Below are positions 41,688-52,832 of a DNA stretch of 64,000 nucleotides, in pieces. The translations under genes were made by a program, and so were the position numbers. The notes under the pieces are model-generated. The model saw only the letters and a list, made by a program, of their open reading frames with translations, did not search any database and was not told the origin of the DNA. Position 1 is the first letter of the stretch; each line of letters begins with the position of its first letter. Location: the NCBI GenBank assembly GCA_003446375.1, contig DMAW01000007.1, positions 1,863 to 65,862 on the forward strand, given 5' to 3'. The stretch is from Eubacteriaceae bacterium. Lineage in GTDB: Bacteria; Bacillota; Clostridia; Eubacteriales; Alkalibacteraceae.

Positions 41688-41717
41688 GCCATGAGATATC
41701 TTCTCATGGCCATGGCT

Positions 41718-42899
41718 TTAATTCTTCGAATCCATATATTCTTTTATCGCCTCTACGTCCTTGTCTCCTCTTCCTGAAAGGTTGAGTATTATAACTTGGT
41801 CCTTACTGAGAGTCGGCGCAAATTTCATTGCATAGGCTATTGCATGGGAGCTTTCAATCGCTGGGATTATGCCTTCCTTTTCAGATAGATATTTAAAGGC
41901 ATCAACTGCCTCGTCATCAGTTGCAGGAACATACTGAACCCTTCCCATCTCTTTTAGATATGCATGCTCCGGGCCTACTCCCGGATAATCCAGGCCTGCA
42001 GATATGGAATAAACAGGTTTTGGAGTTCCATCTTCGTTAAATATAGCTATTGTCTTCATCCCATGAATGACCCCTTCGGTTCCCTTGGTCATAGTAGCTG
42101 CATGAAGATGTGTATCCACTCCCTTACCGGCACCTTCAACGCCTATGAGCTTAACATCCTCATAAGGCACGAAAGCGTCAAAGAGACCTATTGCATTGCT
42201 GCCTCCTCCCACGCATGCGATACAATAGTCCGGAAGCCTTCCTTCCTTCTCCTTGATCTGCTCTAGAGCCTCTTGCCCGATTATCTTTTGAAACTCTTTG
42301 ACTATCGTCGGATACGGGTGAGGACCTACTGCTGAACCCAATAGATAAAATGAGTTCTCTACATCGTCTACCCATGCCTCAATTGCTGCATCCACAGCAT
42401 CGCTTAACGTTTGGGTCCCTCTCTCGACAGCATGAACCGTCGCTCCTAAAAGCTCCATCCTAAATACGTTGAGCTTTTGCCTTATGATATCTTCCTTTCC
42501 TTGGTAGACATCACATTGCATCCCAAACATTGCCGCAGCTGTTGCAGATGCTACCCCATGCTGGCCTGCTCCGGTCTCAGCTATAACTTTTTTCTTGCCC
42601 ATCCTCTTTGCTAAAAGTATCTGCCCGATAGTATTATTTATCTTGTGGGCTCCAGTATGATTCAAATCTTCTCTCTTTAAATAGATCTTCGCCCCGCCCA
42701 AGTCTCTTGTCATGTTTTCGGCATAGTAAAGAGGACTTGGCCTTCCAACATACTCCCTTAAGATATAGTTGTATTCTTCCCAAAACACAGGATCTTTTAT
42801 CGCCTTTTCAAACTCTGCTTCCAGTTCCTTTAATGCTTTTACAACAGGTGGCGGAACAAATTGTCCTCCAAACCTTCCAAATTGCAAAGTATCTTCCAC
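41718..42899 (-). CDS. trpB: Tryptophan synthase beta chain (monocistronic)
   Basis: [51 protein letters not shown]. Confidence 0.97.
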   Translation of the reverse strand: MEDTLQFGRFGGQFVPPPVVKALKELEAEFEKAIKDPVFWEEYNYILREYVGRPSPLYYAENMTRDLGGAKIYLKREDLNHTGAHKINNTIGQILLAKRMGKKKVIAETGAGQHGVASATAAAMFGMQCDVYQGKEDIIRQKLNVFRMELLGATVHAVERGTQTLSDAVDAAIEAWVDDVENSFYLLGSAVGPHPYPTIVKEFQKIIGQEALEQIKEKEGRLPDYCIACVGGGSNAIGLFDAFVPYEDVKLIGVEGAGKGVDTHLHAATMTKGTEGVIHGMKTIAIFNEDGTPKPVYSISAGLDYPGVGPEHAYLKEMGRVQYVPATDDEAVDAFKYLSEKEGIIPAIESSHAIAYAMKFAPTLSKDQVIILNLSGRGDKDVEAIKEYMDSKN

Positions 42900-42920
42900 A
42901 CTGATTCCTCCTTAATATTA

Positions 42921-43172
42921 AAATAAAAAACTCCCGCTCCGACGCATATGCGCCAGGGCGGAAGCAATATCCACGGTGCCACCTGACTTGAGCAAATTCT
43001 TGCTCGTCTTTACCGGACTTTAATGTCCGTTCCCATTAACGAGGGAAACCGGTCTTGGCTACTTTTTTCGCCAAGCCTCTCATGAATCCATTCATATGCC
43101 CCATCTTACCGAACTCCCACCAACGCCGGCTCTCTTTAAAGACCATAAGCAGACTACTATTTTCAATCATCG
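42921..43172 (-). ncRNA. T-box riboswitch leader, Trp (UGG) specifier
   Basis: AAGTCAGGTGGCACCGTGG at 42989-42971; GAA-TGG-A at 43090-43088; GCGGGAG plus T-run terminator. Confidence 0.9.
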
Positions 43173-43213
43173 AGTTTGATTATTTTGTCCATTATACACC
43201 CTTTTCAAGGATT

Positions 43214-44686
43214 TTAAAAGCTTAATTCGCTGTAGTTTCGCAAAAATTCCATCATCTTTTCTTTTATCTCGCCGCAGCCTCCGGCTTTGTCAGATTCTGA
43301 GTTTATTGCCATTACAGGATCGTGAAGAGACAGCCTTATAAGCACCCAGCCTTCTTCATCTTCACAGTTGACCCTTACTCCTTCAAAATTAGGAGTAACG
43401 ATGCTCCAACCAGCTTGTCCTTGTACATAAGCCGTAAAATCATCCAATACCTTTTGACCATAGCTCTTAAAATCTTCAACTTTGATCTTTGTCCTGAATT
43501 CGTCAGCTTCTACCGGCTCTTTTAAATCTGAGATTAAATCCGTTAGCGTCTTGTCCTGAGTCTTTAACTTTGCAAATTTAATAAGCACCTTAGTTATGAG
43601 GTATGCTCCGTCATCAAGAAAGAAATTTTCTTTAAATGCACAGTGGCCGCTAGTCTCTATTGCAAGCTGGCTGTCTATATCCTCACTGTTTAATCTTATT
43701 GATTCGTTTATGACGTTCTTATAGCCTCTTTTAAATCTGTGATGTTTTCCTCCAAGGTTTTCTATAAATTCAGTTAATCCTTTTGATGTTACTGAATCTG
43801 TTACTATTGTAGTATCTGGAGTTTCTTCCAGCACTATGGCAGCCATCAACGCAACTAATGGGTTCCTGTTTATTGACTTTCCGCTTCCGTCTACCACTGC
43901 TGCCCTATCTACATCTGTATCAAAGATTATGCCTAGATCTGCCTTGCTCTTTTTTACAGCATTTTGGATAGCCTCCATTGCTTCCTTATTTTCAGGATTT
44001 GGTTCATGGTTTGGAAAGTTTCCGTCCGGTTCTAAAAAAACGCTGCCTTCTGTGTCTGCACCCAAAGGTTCCAGTACTTTAGATGCAAAAAATCCACCTG
44101 CGCCATTACCTGCATCAACTATGATCTTGGTATTTGCAAAAGGTTTTTTCTGACCTGTTTTTTCAACGATCATATCTACTAGATTTTGAGCATACTTGCT
44201 TATAAAATCAAATTCTTCAATCGCTCCCTTATCTCCAGAAGCAAATTCAATAGTTTCTGCAATGGCCAGTATCTCTTTGATGTCTTTGCTGTCCGCTCCA
44301 CCTTCTTTGGTAAAAAACTTAAGTCCGTTTCTGTTAAAAGGCAGGTGGCTGGCAGTAATCATTATTCCCCCGTCAGCATCAATTTCATCATCCTTGGTGG
44401 TCATAAACATAGCCGGTGTAGAAGCCATCTTACAGTCGAACACTTTGCACCCTTTAAGTGCCAGCCCTTCAATGGCGCCCTCTGCAAGGTCCGGACCTGA
44501 TAGCCTGCTATCTCTACCTACTGCTATAGTCAAATTCTTATTTCCGGTTTTTTCAGACAACCACACAGCAAATGCCCCACATATGCTTTTAGCTATTTCT
44601 GGCGTCAGATTGACCTTTTCCCCTTCGATCCCCTCTAGAGCAACACCTCTGACATCTGATCCGTTTTGCAGCTTCAACAAACTCAT
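43214..44686 (-). CDS. Phosphoglucomutase/phosphomannomutase
   Basis: QNGSDVRG, ITASHLP, FDTDVDR, ETSGH. Confidence 0.92.
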   Translation of the reverse strand: MSLLKLQNGSDVRGVALEGIEGEKVNLTPEIAKSICGAFAVWLSEKTGNKNLTIAVGRDSRLSGPDLAEGAIEGLALKGCKVFDCKMASTPAMFMTTKDDEIDADGGIMITASHLPFNRNGLKFFTKEGGADSKDIKEILAIAETIEFASGDKGAIEEFDFISKYAQNLVDMIVEKTGQKKPFANTKIIVDAGNGAGGFFASKVLEPLGADTEGSVFLEPDGNFPNHEPNPENKEAMEAIQNAVKKSKADLGIIFDTDVDRAAVVDGSGKSINRNPLVALMAAIVLEETPDTTIVTDSVTSKGLTEFIENLGGKHHRFKRGYKNVINESIRLNSEDIDSQLAIETSGHCAFKENFFLDDGAYLITKVLIKFAKLKTQDKTLTDLISDLKEPVEADEFRTKIKVEDFKSYGQKVLDDFTAYVQGQAGWSIVTPNFEGVRVNCEDEEGWVLIRLSLHDPVMAINSESDKAGGCGEIKEKMMEFLRNYSELSF

Positions 44687-44828
44687 TAACTCATCCCCTT
44701 TGTTTTTAATTGTATTTATATTGTATATTTAATAGGAGCATTTGACCATACCTTACTGCCAAGTAGTCGTTTTCATGTTTTTCAACAAATAGAGCGGCCC
44801 TTTAAAGGACCGCCCTGTAGCCAAGTTT

Positions 44829-47800
44829 TTATTTCTTTTCAACCTTGATTCCCGTCTCATGACCGTTAATATTCTGCACTGTCAGCTCTTCATCTGTTAT
44901 AAAAAGTTCTGCAGTAAGTGTCTCAGCCTTTATGAAATCCCCAAAAGCTTCCACAGCTCTTATGATATCTTCATCTCCATTGATATAAAGATTTATTTGA
45001 TCGAGCACTTCATAACCGCTTTGCTTTCTCATTTGCTGTACCTTTGATACTATCTCTCTGGCGCAGCCTTCTGCTATGAGCTCATCATCAAGAGCCGTAT
45101 CGAGTATTACAAAGATATTGTTTTCCATCTGAACATTAAATCCTTCTTTTGCAGATATCCTAACATCTAAGTATTCTTCTTTTATCAATGTCTCTTCGCC
45201 TTCAACATCTAATTTTATGCTTCCCTGCGCTTTCACATTAGATACTACCGCTTGGGCATTTACCTGGGACAGAGCCTTAGCTAAAGATTTTACTTTAGGA
45301 CCAAAAACGGGTCCTGCGACTTTAAAATCAGGCTTTAGGCTGAAATCTAAAAATTCATTTAAGTTATCTTCAAAGCTTACTTCTTTAATATTTAGCTCTT
45401 CCTTTATTAGCGGAACCAAGTAACCTATTGAATCTTTATATTTTCCGTCAACCAAAATCTTCTTAAGCGGTTGCCTTACCTTGATTTGAGCTTCTTCCCT
45501 GGCACCTCTTCCAAGGCTGACCAAAGTCCTTACAGTATCCATCCTCTCCTCTACGCTTAAGTCTACAAGCTTTTTATCACATCTTGGATAATCTGCAAGA
45601 TGTACCGATTCATTTTTTGTCAGGCTTGTATAGAGCTCTTCAGCTATGTACGGAGCAAATGGGGCTATCAGCTTTGCCAATCCTGTCAAGACTTCATAAG
45701 TCGTATTGAATACGGCTTTTTTATCCTCTGTTAACTCCTTAGCCCAAAATCTTCTTCTGTTTCTTCTTATGTACCAGTTTGATACGTCTTCGTTTACGAA
45801 TTCCTGCACTTTTCTGGCTACCCTGGTAAGATCGAATATTTCCATTTCTTCTTCTACATCTTTTAAGAGGCTATTGTATTTTGAAAGTATCCATCTGTCG
45901 ATTTCAGGTCTTTTTTCGTATGCTATAAAGAAGTCATTTGGATCGATTCCATCAGTATTTGCATAAAGGGCAAAAAATGCATAGACGTTTTTAAGGGTAT
46001 TGAAAAACTTGCTCTGTACTTCTTTTAAACCCTCTATATCAAACTTAGTCGGAGTCCATGCCGGAGATACGTATAATAAGTACCACCTTAATGCATCAGC
46101 TCCAAATTTATCGAACATCTCAAAAGGATCTACCGTGTTTCCTCTTGACTTAGACATTTTTCTTCCTTCAGAATCAAGTATCAAGTCATTTACAAGCACT
46201 CTCTTATATGGAGCCTTTTTCATGATAAATGTCGAAATAGCTATAAGGGAATAAAACCAACCTCTAGTTTGATCGATGCCCTCGCATATGAAATCCGCTG
46301 GAAACTGCTCTTCAAAGAGCTCTTTGTTTTCAAATGGATAATGATATTGGGCAAAAGGCATGGAACCTGAATCGAACCAACAATCTATAACTTCTGTCAC
46401 CCTGCTCATGCTCTTTTGGCACTTGGGGCATGGTATATGGACTTCGTCCACGTAAGGTCTGTGAAGCTCTATATCTTCTGATATATTTTCTATGGCCTTG
46501 TCCTTAAGCTCCTGTCTGCTGCCTATGGACTCTAAGTGTCCGCATTCGCACTTCCAGATATTAAGAGGAGTTCCCCAATATCTGCTTCTTGAGATAGCCC
46601 AATCGTTTAAGTTCTCAAGCCAGTTTCCAAAACGTTTTTCCCCTACGTAATCAGGATACCAGTTCACAGTATCGTTATTTTTAATAAGCTCATCTTTTAT
46701 CTTTGTCATTTCAATATACCAGCTAGGTTTTGCATAGTATATCAGAGGAGTCTTGCATCTCCAGCAGTGAGGGTAATTGTGGGCTACCTTTTCTTTTTTA
46801 AATAGCTTGTTGTTTTCCTTAAGCCACTTGATGATCTCAATGTCGGCATCCATGACGAACGTGCCTTTCCATGGCGTATCCGTATACTTGCCTTCTTCGT
46901 CAACCGGATTGAACACTGGCAGTCCGTATTTTCTTCCTACCTGATAATCGTCCTCTCCAAATGCAGGCGCCATGTGGACGACGCCGGTCCCGTCATCAGT
47001 GGTTACAAATTCTGCACAGGTAACGTAAAACGCCTTCTTATCCGTAGACAAAAACGGCATGAGCTGTTCATATTCTACGTATTCAAGCTCTTTTCCGGGC
47101 ATTTCTTCTAATATCTCATAGCCTTCTCCAATCACTTTTCCCAGAAGTTCCTTGGCAAGTATGTACGTCTTTCCTTCATAAGATGCTTTTACATAAACAG
47201 CCTTTGGATTAACTGCCAAAGCTACGTTTGAAGCTAACGTCCACGGAGTAGTAGTCCATACCAAAAAGTACGCTTCTTGATCTTTTAGCTTCATGGGAAC
47301 TACAACAGTATTGGATTTTATCTCTTGATAACCCTGGGCAACCTCATGGGATGCAAGCCCTGTTCCGCACCTAGGGCAATAAGGCAATATCTTATGCCCC
47401 TCATAGATCATGCCTGCATCAAAAAACTGCTTTAAGAGCCACCATACCGTTTCAATATAATTGTTGTCTAAAGTTATATACGGGTCTTCCATATCTACGA
47501 AATAGCCCATCCTCTTGGTCATTTCACGCCATTGGGCCTCATAGGTAAATACCGACTCCTTGCACTTTTTATTGAATTTGTCTAATCCATAGTTTTCTAT
47601 TTCAGTCTTGCTAGAAAGGTTGAGAGCTTTTTCAACTTCTATCTCAACGGGAAGTCCGTGAGTATCCCAGCCGGCTTTTCTAAGTACCCTGTAACCTGAC
47701 ATCGTTTTATACTTGCATACTGAATCCTTTAAAGTCCTTGAAATTACGTGATGAATCCCCGGCCTGCCATTTGCAGTAGGAGGGCCTTCATAAAATACAA

Positions 47801-47924
47801 AGTTCTCTTTTCCTTCTCTATTGTCAATGCTTTTTTTAAGTATGTCGATTTCTTCCCATTTGTCTGAAATCTGCTTCTCTCTTTCTGCAACAGGCAAGCT
47901 TGATAATTCTTTAAATTTGCTCAT
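44829..47924 (-). CDS. ileS: Isoleucyl-tRNA synthetase (IleRS2-like)
   Basis: GPPTANGRPGIHH, GWDTHGLPVE, WTTTPWTL, DQTRGWF, KMSKS; long C-terminus without type-1 zinc finger. Confidence 0.96.
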   Translation of the reverse strand: MSKFKELSSLPVAEREKQISDKWEEIDILKKSIDNREGKENFVFYEGPPTANGRPGIHHVISRTLKDSVCKYKTMSGYRVLRKAGWDTHGLPVEIEVEKALNLSSKTEIENYGLDKFNKKCKESVFTYEAQWREMTKRMGYFVDMEDPYITLDNNYIETVWWLLKQFFDAGMIYEGHKILPYCPRCGTGLASHEVAQGYQEIKSNTVVVPMKLKDQEAYFLVWTTTPWTLASNVALAVNPKAVYVKASYEGKTYILAKELLGKVIGEGYEILEEMPGKELEYVEYEQLMPFLSTDKKAFYVTCAEFVTTDDGTGVVHMAPAFGEDDYQVGRKYGLPVFNPVDEEGKYTDTPWKGTFVMDADIEIIKWLKENNKLFKKEKVAHNYPHCWRCKTPLIYYAKPSWYIEMTKIKDELIKNNDTVNWYPDYVGEKRFGNWLENLNDWAISRSRYWGTPLNIWKCECGHLESIGSRQELKDKAIENISEDIELHRPYVDEVHIPCPKCQKSMSRVTEVIDCWFDSGSMPFAQYHYPFENKELFEEQFPADFICEGIDQTRGWFYSLIAISTFIMKKAPYKRVLVNDLILDSEGRKMSKSRGNTVDPFEMFDKFGADALRWYLLYVSPAWTPTKFDIEGLKEVQSKFFNTLKNVYAFFALYANTDGIDPNDFFIAYEKRPEIDRWILSKYNSLLKDVEEEMEIFDLTRVARKVQEFVNEDVSNWYIRRNRRRFWAKELTEDKKAVFNTTYEVLTGLAKLIAPFAPYIAEELYTSLTKNESVHLADYPRCDKKLVDLSVEERMDTVRTLVSLGRGAREEAQIKVRQPLKKILVDGKYKDSIGYLVPLIKEELNIKEVSFEDNLNEFLDFSLKPDFKVAGPVFGPKVKSLAKALSQVNAQAVVSNVKAQGSIKLDVEGEETLIKEEYLDVRISAKEGFNVQMENNIFVILDTALDDELIAEGCAREIVSKVQQMRKQSGYEVLDQINLYINGDEDIIRAVEAFGDFIKAETLTAELFITDEELTVQNINGHETGIKVEKK

Positions 47925-47967
47925 TTTTTCCTCCTGTAATTAGTTTATTTCACATATACATCTTATA

Positions 47968-48185
47968 AATAAAAAAAACACTTCCGCTCATATAAGAACG
48001 AAAGTGTCTGACTTCGTGGTACCATCTTACTTCGCACCCAAAGGGTGCCTCTTTTGTTAACGGATTTACCGGATCTTATCGATCTGGCTCAGAGTTGATA
48101 TTCGATATGCTTCCACTGACGATCTTTCAGCCTAGGATCATTTCTCTAAAAGCTTTGTCATATCTACTGGTCTCTTCACAGCCTT
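47968..48185 (-). ncRNA. T-box riboswitch leader, Ile (AUC) specifier
   Basis: AGATGGTACCACGAAG at about 48027-48012; GAAT-ATC-A at 48099-48097; terminator before ileS. Confidence 0.88.
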
Positions 48186-48392
48186 TTTATATGAATTTGT
48201 ACGATATATTTTATACAGATTATTTGAGAAATGTCAAGGCTTTTAAGTTTTGTTTTGGTTTGAGTTATACAATTATTAGTTATGTCCCTTATCTTGAATA
48301 AATTTAATCGACTATAATTTGTTCGCTGCAACTTTACATAAATTCATGTATTCATGTTATAATGTCAATAAAATATCTGATAGGAGATTAGC

Positions 48393-49205
48393 TTGATGGA
48401 CATTACAAACAGTAACATTTTTTTTGCTCTCGCGCTGACTGTTTTTGCAGGACTTTCTACCGGTATCGGAAGCGCACTTGCATTTTATACAAAACAGACC
48501 AATACTAAATTTTTATCCGCTGCCTTAGGTTTTTCTGCCGGTGTCATGATCTACGTATCTTTTGTAGAAATTTTGCCAAAAGCTTTCGAATCCCTCGAAG
48601 GCGTATACTTGGGAAACGGCGGCAAACTCGTAGCTACTTTAGCTTTTTTTGGTGGTATTGCGCTTATAGCATTAATAGACAAATTTGTGCCCAGCGGCGA
48701 AAACCCTCATGAAATAAGAGATGTATCTGACATGAAAAACTCCAAAGAAAACCATGAACTTATGCGCATGGGTTTATTTTCAGCCTTAGCCATAGCCATA
48801 CACAACTTCCCTGAAGGCATCGCCACTTTTATAAGTGCCCTTAAAGATCCTGCGCTGGGAATAAGTATAGCCATAGCTATAGCCATACACAATATTCCGG
48901 AAGGCATTGCTGTCTCAGTTCCTATTTATTATGCTACCGGAAGTAAGAAAAAAGCTTTTAAGTATTCTTTCTTATCAGGCTTAGCAGAGCCTTTAGGCGC
49001 TTTAATAGGGTTTTTCTTTCTGATGCAGTTCATCAGCGACCAGCTTTTTGGAGTTATCTTTGCCGGCGTCGCGGGCATAATGGTCTATATCTCACTTGAC
49101 GAACTTCTTCCTACTGCTGAAAAATACGGAGAACATCATATCGCAATTTACGGACTTATCTCAGGAATGGTCGTCATGGCTGCCAGCATCCTTTTGCTGG
49201 GATAA
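48393..49205 (+). CDS. zupT: ZIP family zinc transporter
   Basis: IAIHNFPEG and [15 protein letters not shown]. Confidence 0.93.
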   Translation: MMDITNSNIFFALALTVFAGLSTGIGSALAFYTKQTNTKFLSAALGFSAGVMIYVSFVEILPKAFESLEGVYLGNGGKLVATLAFFGGIALIALIDKFVPSGENPHEIRDVSDMKNSKENHELMRMGLFSALAIAIHNFPEGIATFISALKDPALGISIAIAIAIHNIPEGIAVSVPIYYATGSKKKAFKYSFLSGLAEPLGALIGFFFLMQFISDQLFGVIFAGVAGIMVYISLDELLPTAEKYGEHHIAIYGLISGMVVMAASILLLG

Positions 49206-49769
49206 AGCTTCTCTAACCTTTATCCCGGCTTTTTTTAGTTCAGAAGCTGCAGCTTTATTGTCTCTTATCATAACCTCATCAGTCTTGTTATATTTAAGAT
49301 ATTCAAGAACGTCGGCATTTATATTCCCAAGAAAATGCTTAAGCTCTACCATAATTCCGTCAAACTGCCCCAAGTATTTTGGTGCCCCCCCATTAGATAG
49401 TATGACCACGCTCTTCTTTTCTTTAAATATTGGATCTTTAAAGTTGTACTTGGCATTATAGAGTATCTGAGTCCTGTCGATAAATATCTTGAACCTGCTG
49501 GTTACACTGTTAAAATACAAAGGTGTAGCCAATACGATAAGATCGCTTTTTTTAAATATGTCTATTACACCCTCCATATCGTCTTTTAATATGCAATGAC
49601 CGTAATTTCTTCTGCAATAGTCGCAAGCCAAGCATATCTCTATTTTCTTATCGAGAAGATCCACAAATTCAATATCGTTGCCTTCTTTCAAGCCTTCTAA
49701 GAAAAAATCTGCCATCTGCCTAGTATTTTTATTTCTTCTGTGGCTACATAAAAGAACCGTAATTTTCAA
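49161..49769 (-). CDS. Flavodoxin-family / iron-sulfur flavoprotein
   Basis: [15 protein letters not shown]...C, DDM, ATPLYF. Confidence 0.82.
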   Translation of the reverse strand: MKITVLLCSHRRNKNTRQMADFFLEGLKEGNDIEFVDLLDKKIEICLACDYCRRNYGHCILKDDMEGVIDIFKKSDLIVLATPLYFNSVTSRFKIFIDRTQILYNAKYNFKDPIFKEKKSVVILSNGGAPKYLGQFDGIMVELKHFLGNINADVLEYLKYNKTDEVMIRDNKAAASELKKAGIKVREALSQQKDAGSHDDHS

Positions 49770-49904
49770 ATCACAAGCCTCCTTAAGATATTCTACTTTG
49801 ATTATAACATCTTTATAACGTGTCCATGTACTGCAAGCATGTTGATTTCATTTTCAGTTTGATTTACAATGATAACAAAACAAATAATTTTAAAGGAGCA
49901 TGCA

Positions 49905-50558
49905 ATGCTTAAAAATAAAAAATGCGTAATATTCGATCTTGACGGCACATTGATAGATTCTCTTTGGGTTTGGAGGCAAATCGATGAGCTGTATCTTGAA
50001 AAGAAAGGCCTAATCTGCAATGATAACTTACAGGAGGCTTTAAACGGCAAAAGCTTCACTGAGGCCGCGATGTTTTTTAAAGAAAAATTCTCAATGCCCG
50101 AAAGCATTGAAGAAATCAGCAATGACTGGATCGACATGTGCCTGGATGTGTATATAGACGAAGTTATATTAAAGGAAGGTGCTCTTCGATTCGTACAAAA
50201 GGTACACTCCATGGGCATAAGCCTTGGTGTCGGAACAAGCAACAACAAGACTATCGCTCAACAGTACCTTCAATCTAAAAATATGACAAAGTACTTTAAA
50301 ACCATCCGCACTTCCTGCGAGGTAGGCAAGGGCAAGCCTAATCCTGATGTATTTTTAAAAGTGGCACAAGATTTAAATACAAGACCTGAGGAATGCTTGG
50401 TCTTTGAAGACACCTTAGAAGGCGTCATGGCAGCAAAAAACGCAGGCATGCAGGTTGCAGCCGTCTACGATAGCGCTCACGTCAAGTTTGAATCAGATAT
50501 CAGAAATCTCGCAGATTACTATTTTGAAAGCTTATTTCAAGCCGAAAAAGCTATCTAA
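49905..50558 (+). CDS. HAD family phosphatase
   Basis: IFDLDGTLIDS, KPNPDVF, VFEDT; start moved to MLKNKK. Confidence 0.9.
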   Translation: MLKNKKCVIFDLDGTLIDSLWVWRQIDELYLEKKGLICNDNLQEALNGKSFTEAAMFFKEKFSMPESIEEISNDWIDMCLDVYIDEVILKEGALRFVQKVHSMGISLGVGTSNNKTIAQQYLQSKNMTKYFKTIRTSCEVGKGKPNPDVFLKVAQDLNTRPEECLVFEDTLEGVMAAKNAGMQVAAVYDSAHVKFESDIRNLADYYFESLFQAEKAI

Positions 50559-50570
50559 TCATTTGACGGC

Positions 50571-50602
50571 TTGACGATTCGAGCCGTCAAATTTATAGGA
50601 TC
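50571..50602. terminator. Hairpin between convergent HAD and MocR genes
   Basis: ATTTGACGGCTTGA...TCGAGCCGTCAAAT. Confidence 0.6.
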
Positions 50603-51939
50603 TTTTCGATCACTTCCAGAGGGATTCCACTGTAGGTAAGAAGAATAAGCTTATAATCCTTTTTATCTCCTGATTCAATCTGCTCAGTGAATATATGGTT
50701 GTCGCAAAATATGCTTTCCAACTCTTCTTTTGCCCTTTGATTATTTAATTGAATAATCAAGTGCAATCCGCTATTCCCTCCGATTATCGTTATTTGGTCA
50801 CCAAATCTTTTCTTTAGTCTTTCTTTTATCATCATATTTTTTTTATAGTATATCTTATTTATTTTCTTAAGATGTCTTTCAAAATGGCCATCCTTCATTA
50901 ACTGTCCCAAAGTAAGCTGTTCTAGCTTGGATGCAGTTTGAGTGAATCTGTTTTTATTTTTGTTATACGTTTCAATTAAGCTTCTCGTCAGCACCATGTA
51001 GCTTATTCTGATCGAAGGCGTCAGAAGCTTAGAAAATGAGCCCAGGTAAATCACGTGCTCCCCTTCATCAAGGCCCTGGAGAGATGGTATTGGTTCTGTT
51101 TCATATCTTATTATGCTGTCATAGTCGTCTTCTATTATCAAGCTGTCCTTTTCTCTCGCCCAGTTGAGCACTTCAAGCCTTCTCTTTATAGGCATTACTG
51201 TTCCCATTGGATACTGGTGTGATGGACTTATGTATGCAATATTTCCCACAGAATCATATAAAAGATCGGTCTTTATTCCGTCTTTGTCTACGCTGACAGG
51301 CTCAATATTAAAGCCGTAGTCTTCAAAAGTCTGCCTGGCCTGTACAAATCCAGGATCCTCAACAATAACTGAGTCGGTTTTTTCCCTTACCAGCGCCGAT
51401 ATGATTCCTAAAAGATACTGGCTCCCCGAACCAATGATTATTTGATCTGGCGTACAGTAGACTCCCCTGCTTTTTGAGATGAATTTGCTTATTTCCTGTC
51501 TTAAAATCGCTTCTCCTTGAAGTTCTCCACCATCAAAGATTTCATCCTCTTTTTCCCTTAATACCCAACCGTAATGCTTGCGCCACAGCTTAATATCAAA
51601 ACTTTCCTTGTCAACTCCGGTATTAATATGTACCTTCCTTTTTTCATAGCGTATCTCCTGCTTTGTTTTTTTCTTAAAGGCGTACTCATTTAACTCTACA
51701 GCAAAATACCCTTTTCGGGGAACATTTTCAATATAACCTTCTGCAACAAGCTGATTATACGATGCCTCAACGGTTATCTTGCTTACATTAAGCCCCTTTG
51801 CCAATTCCCTTACCGAAGGCAGTTTTTCGTCTTTCATTATTTTCCCGTTCATAATTTCGTCTTTATAATGCTTGTAAATCTGCAGATAAAGCTTCTCTTC
51901 ACTTTTCTTATCCAGTATAAACCTATCAATCACTTGCAT
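50593..51939 (-). CDS. MocR/PdxR-type GntR regulator with PLP aminotransferase domain
   Basis: LPSVRELAK HTH, SPSHQYPMG, IIEDDYD, SFSK. Confidence 0.92.
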   Translation of the reverse strand: MQVIDRFILDKKSEEKLYLQIYKHYKDEIMNGKIMKDEKLPSVRELAKGLNVSKITVEASYNQLVAEGYIENVPRKGYFAVELNEYAFKKKTKQEIRYEKRKVHINTGVDKESFDIKLWRKHYGWVLREKEDEIFDGGELQGEAILRQEISKFISKSRGVYCTPDQIIIGSGSQYLLGIISALVREKTDSVIVEDPGFVQARQTFEDYGFNIEPVSVDKDGIKTDLLYDSVGNIAYISPSHQYPMGTVMPIKRRLEVLNWAREKDSLIIEDDYDSIIRYETEPIPSLQGLDEGEHVIYLGSFSKLLTPSIRISYMVLTRSLIETYNKNKNRFTQTASKLEQLTLGQLMKDGHFERHLKKINKIYYKKNMMIKERLKKRFGDQITIIGGNSGLHLIIQLNNQRAKEELESIFCDNHIFTEQIESGDKKDYKLILLTYSGIPLEVIEKIL

Positions 51940-52030
51940 CTGTCCTTATCGAATTATTTTAATTTGTATATTTTAATATGGTCATACTTATTGTACTATA
52001 AATAAAGAAATAATTCAAAGGAGAGAACTA

Positions 52031-52516
52031 ATGAACACTACACTTAAAAAACTTATTTATACATCCCTTATGCTAGCTCTTGTTTTTGTGGCAACAGTTG
52101 TAATAGCAATACCTATGCCTTTGGGCTATATAAACCTTGGCGATGGTGCAATCTACATAGCCGCAGCCCTTCTTGGCCCAAAATTCGGATTTTTGGCTGC
52201 AGCTCTTGGATCCGCTCTAGGCGATTACTACTTAGGCTATTTGATATACATGATACCCACATTCATTGTCAAGGGTTGTATGGGTTATGTTTCGGGACTT
52301 TTGTTTCAAAAATCAAAATATCTTCAAGGCGTCATTGCCGGATTCGTTATCTTGATTGCCGGATACTATATTGCGGAAGTGATTATTTATTCCAACTTTA
52401 TTTCCCCATTGTCAAGCATCCCTTTTAACGGCATTCAAGGAGCTGTAGGCGCTATTGCAGGATACTTGTTTGCAACAAGATTTAAAAAAATATTTTCCGG
52501 CAAAATCAATTTCTAA
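52031..52516 (+). CDS. ECF transporter S component
   Basis: GYINLGD, GSALGD, TFIVKG; about 6 TMs. Confidence 0.85.
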   Translation: MNTTLKKLIYTSLMLALVFVATVVIAIPMPLGYINLGDGAIYIAAALLGPKFGFLAAALGSALGDYYLGYLIYMIPTFIVKGCMGYVSGLLFQKSKYLQGVIAGFVILIAGYYIAEVIIYSNFISPLSSIPFNGIQGAVGAIAGYLFATRFKKIFSGKINF

Positions 52517-52517
52517 A

Positions 52518-52546
52518 TTGCAAAATAAATGACATTCATTTATAAT
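52518..52546 (+). promoter_or_regulatory. tRNA promoter
   Basis: TTGCAA, 17 bp, TATAAT. Confidence 0.7.
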
Positions 52547-52556
52547 TGTTAATGTT

Positions 52557-52633
52557 CGGGGTGTGGCTCAGCTTGGTAGAGCGCTTGGTTCGGGACCAAG
52601 AGGCCGGAGGTTCAAATCCTCTCACTCCGACCA
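52557..52633 (+). tRNA. tRNA-Pro(CGG)
   Basis: Cloverleaf; anticodon arm CTTGG-TTCGGGA-CCAAG, T-loop GGTTCAAATCC, encoded CCA. Confidence 0.97.
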
Positions 52634-52795
52634 TTATTGCCATAAAAATCAATGTTAAAATATAATACTATGTTAGCTTTATGACCCAAACAGGACAATG
52701 TCTTAGTATACCAACGATTACTATGTCCCAAATTGTTAATTTTTATATTTTTAAATTTTCTTAGTTTTATAGTTTGACTGGTTTATTTTTTAATT

Positions 52796-52817
52796 GAGGG
52801 GTAAAATCCCTCTTTTT
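52796..52817 (+). terminator. Intrinsic terminator downstream of tRNA
   Basis: GAGGG-GTAAAAT-CCCTC-TTTTTT. Confidence 0.55.
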
Positions 52818-52832
52818 TAACATCATTTTGAT

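Noticed and set aside
48095-48301. 68-aa plus-strand ORF
   Set aside because: Antisense to the ileS T-box stem I and promoter
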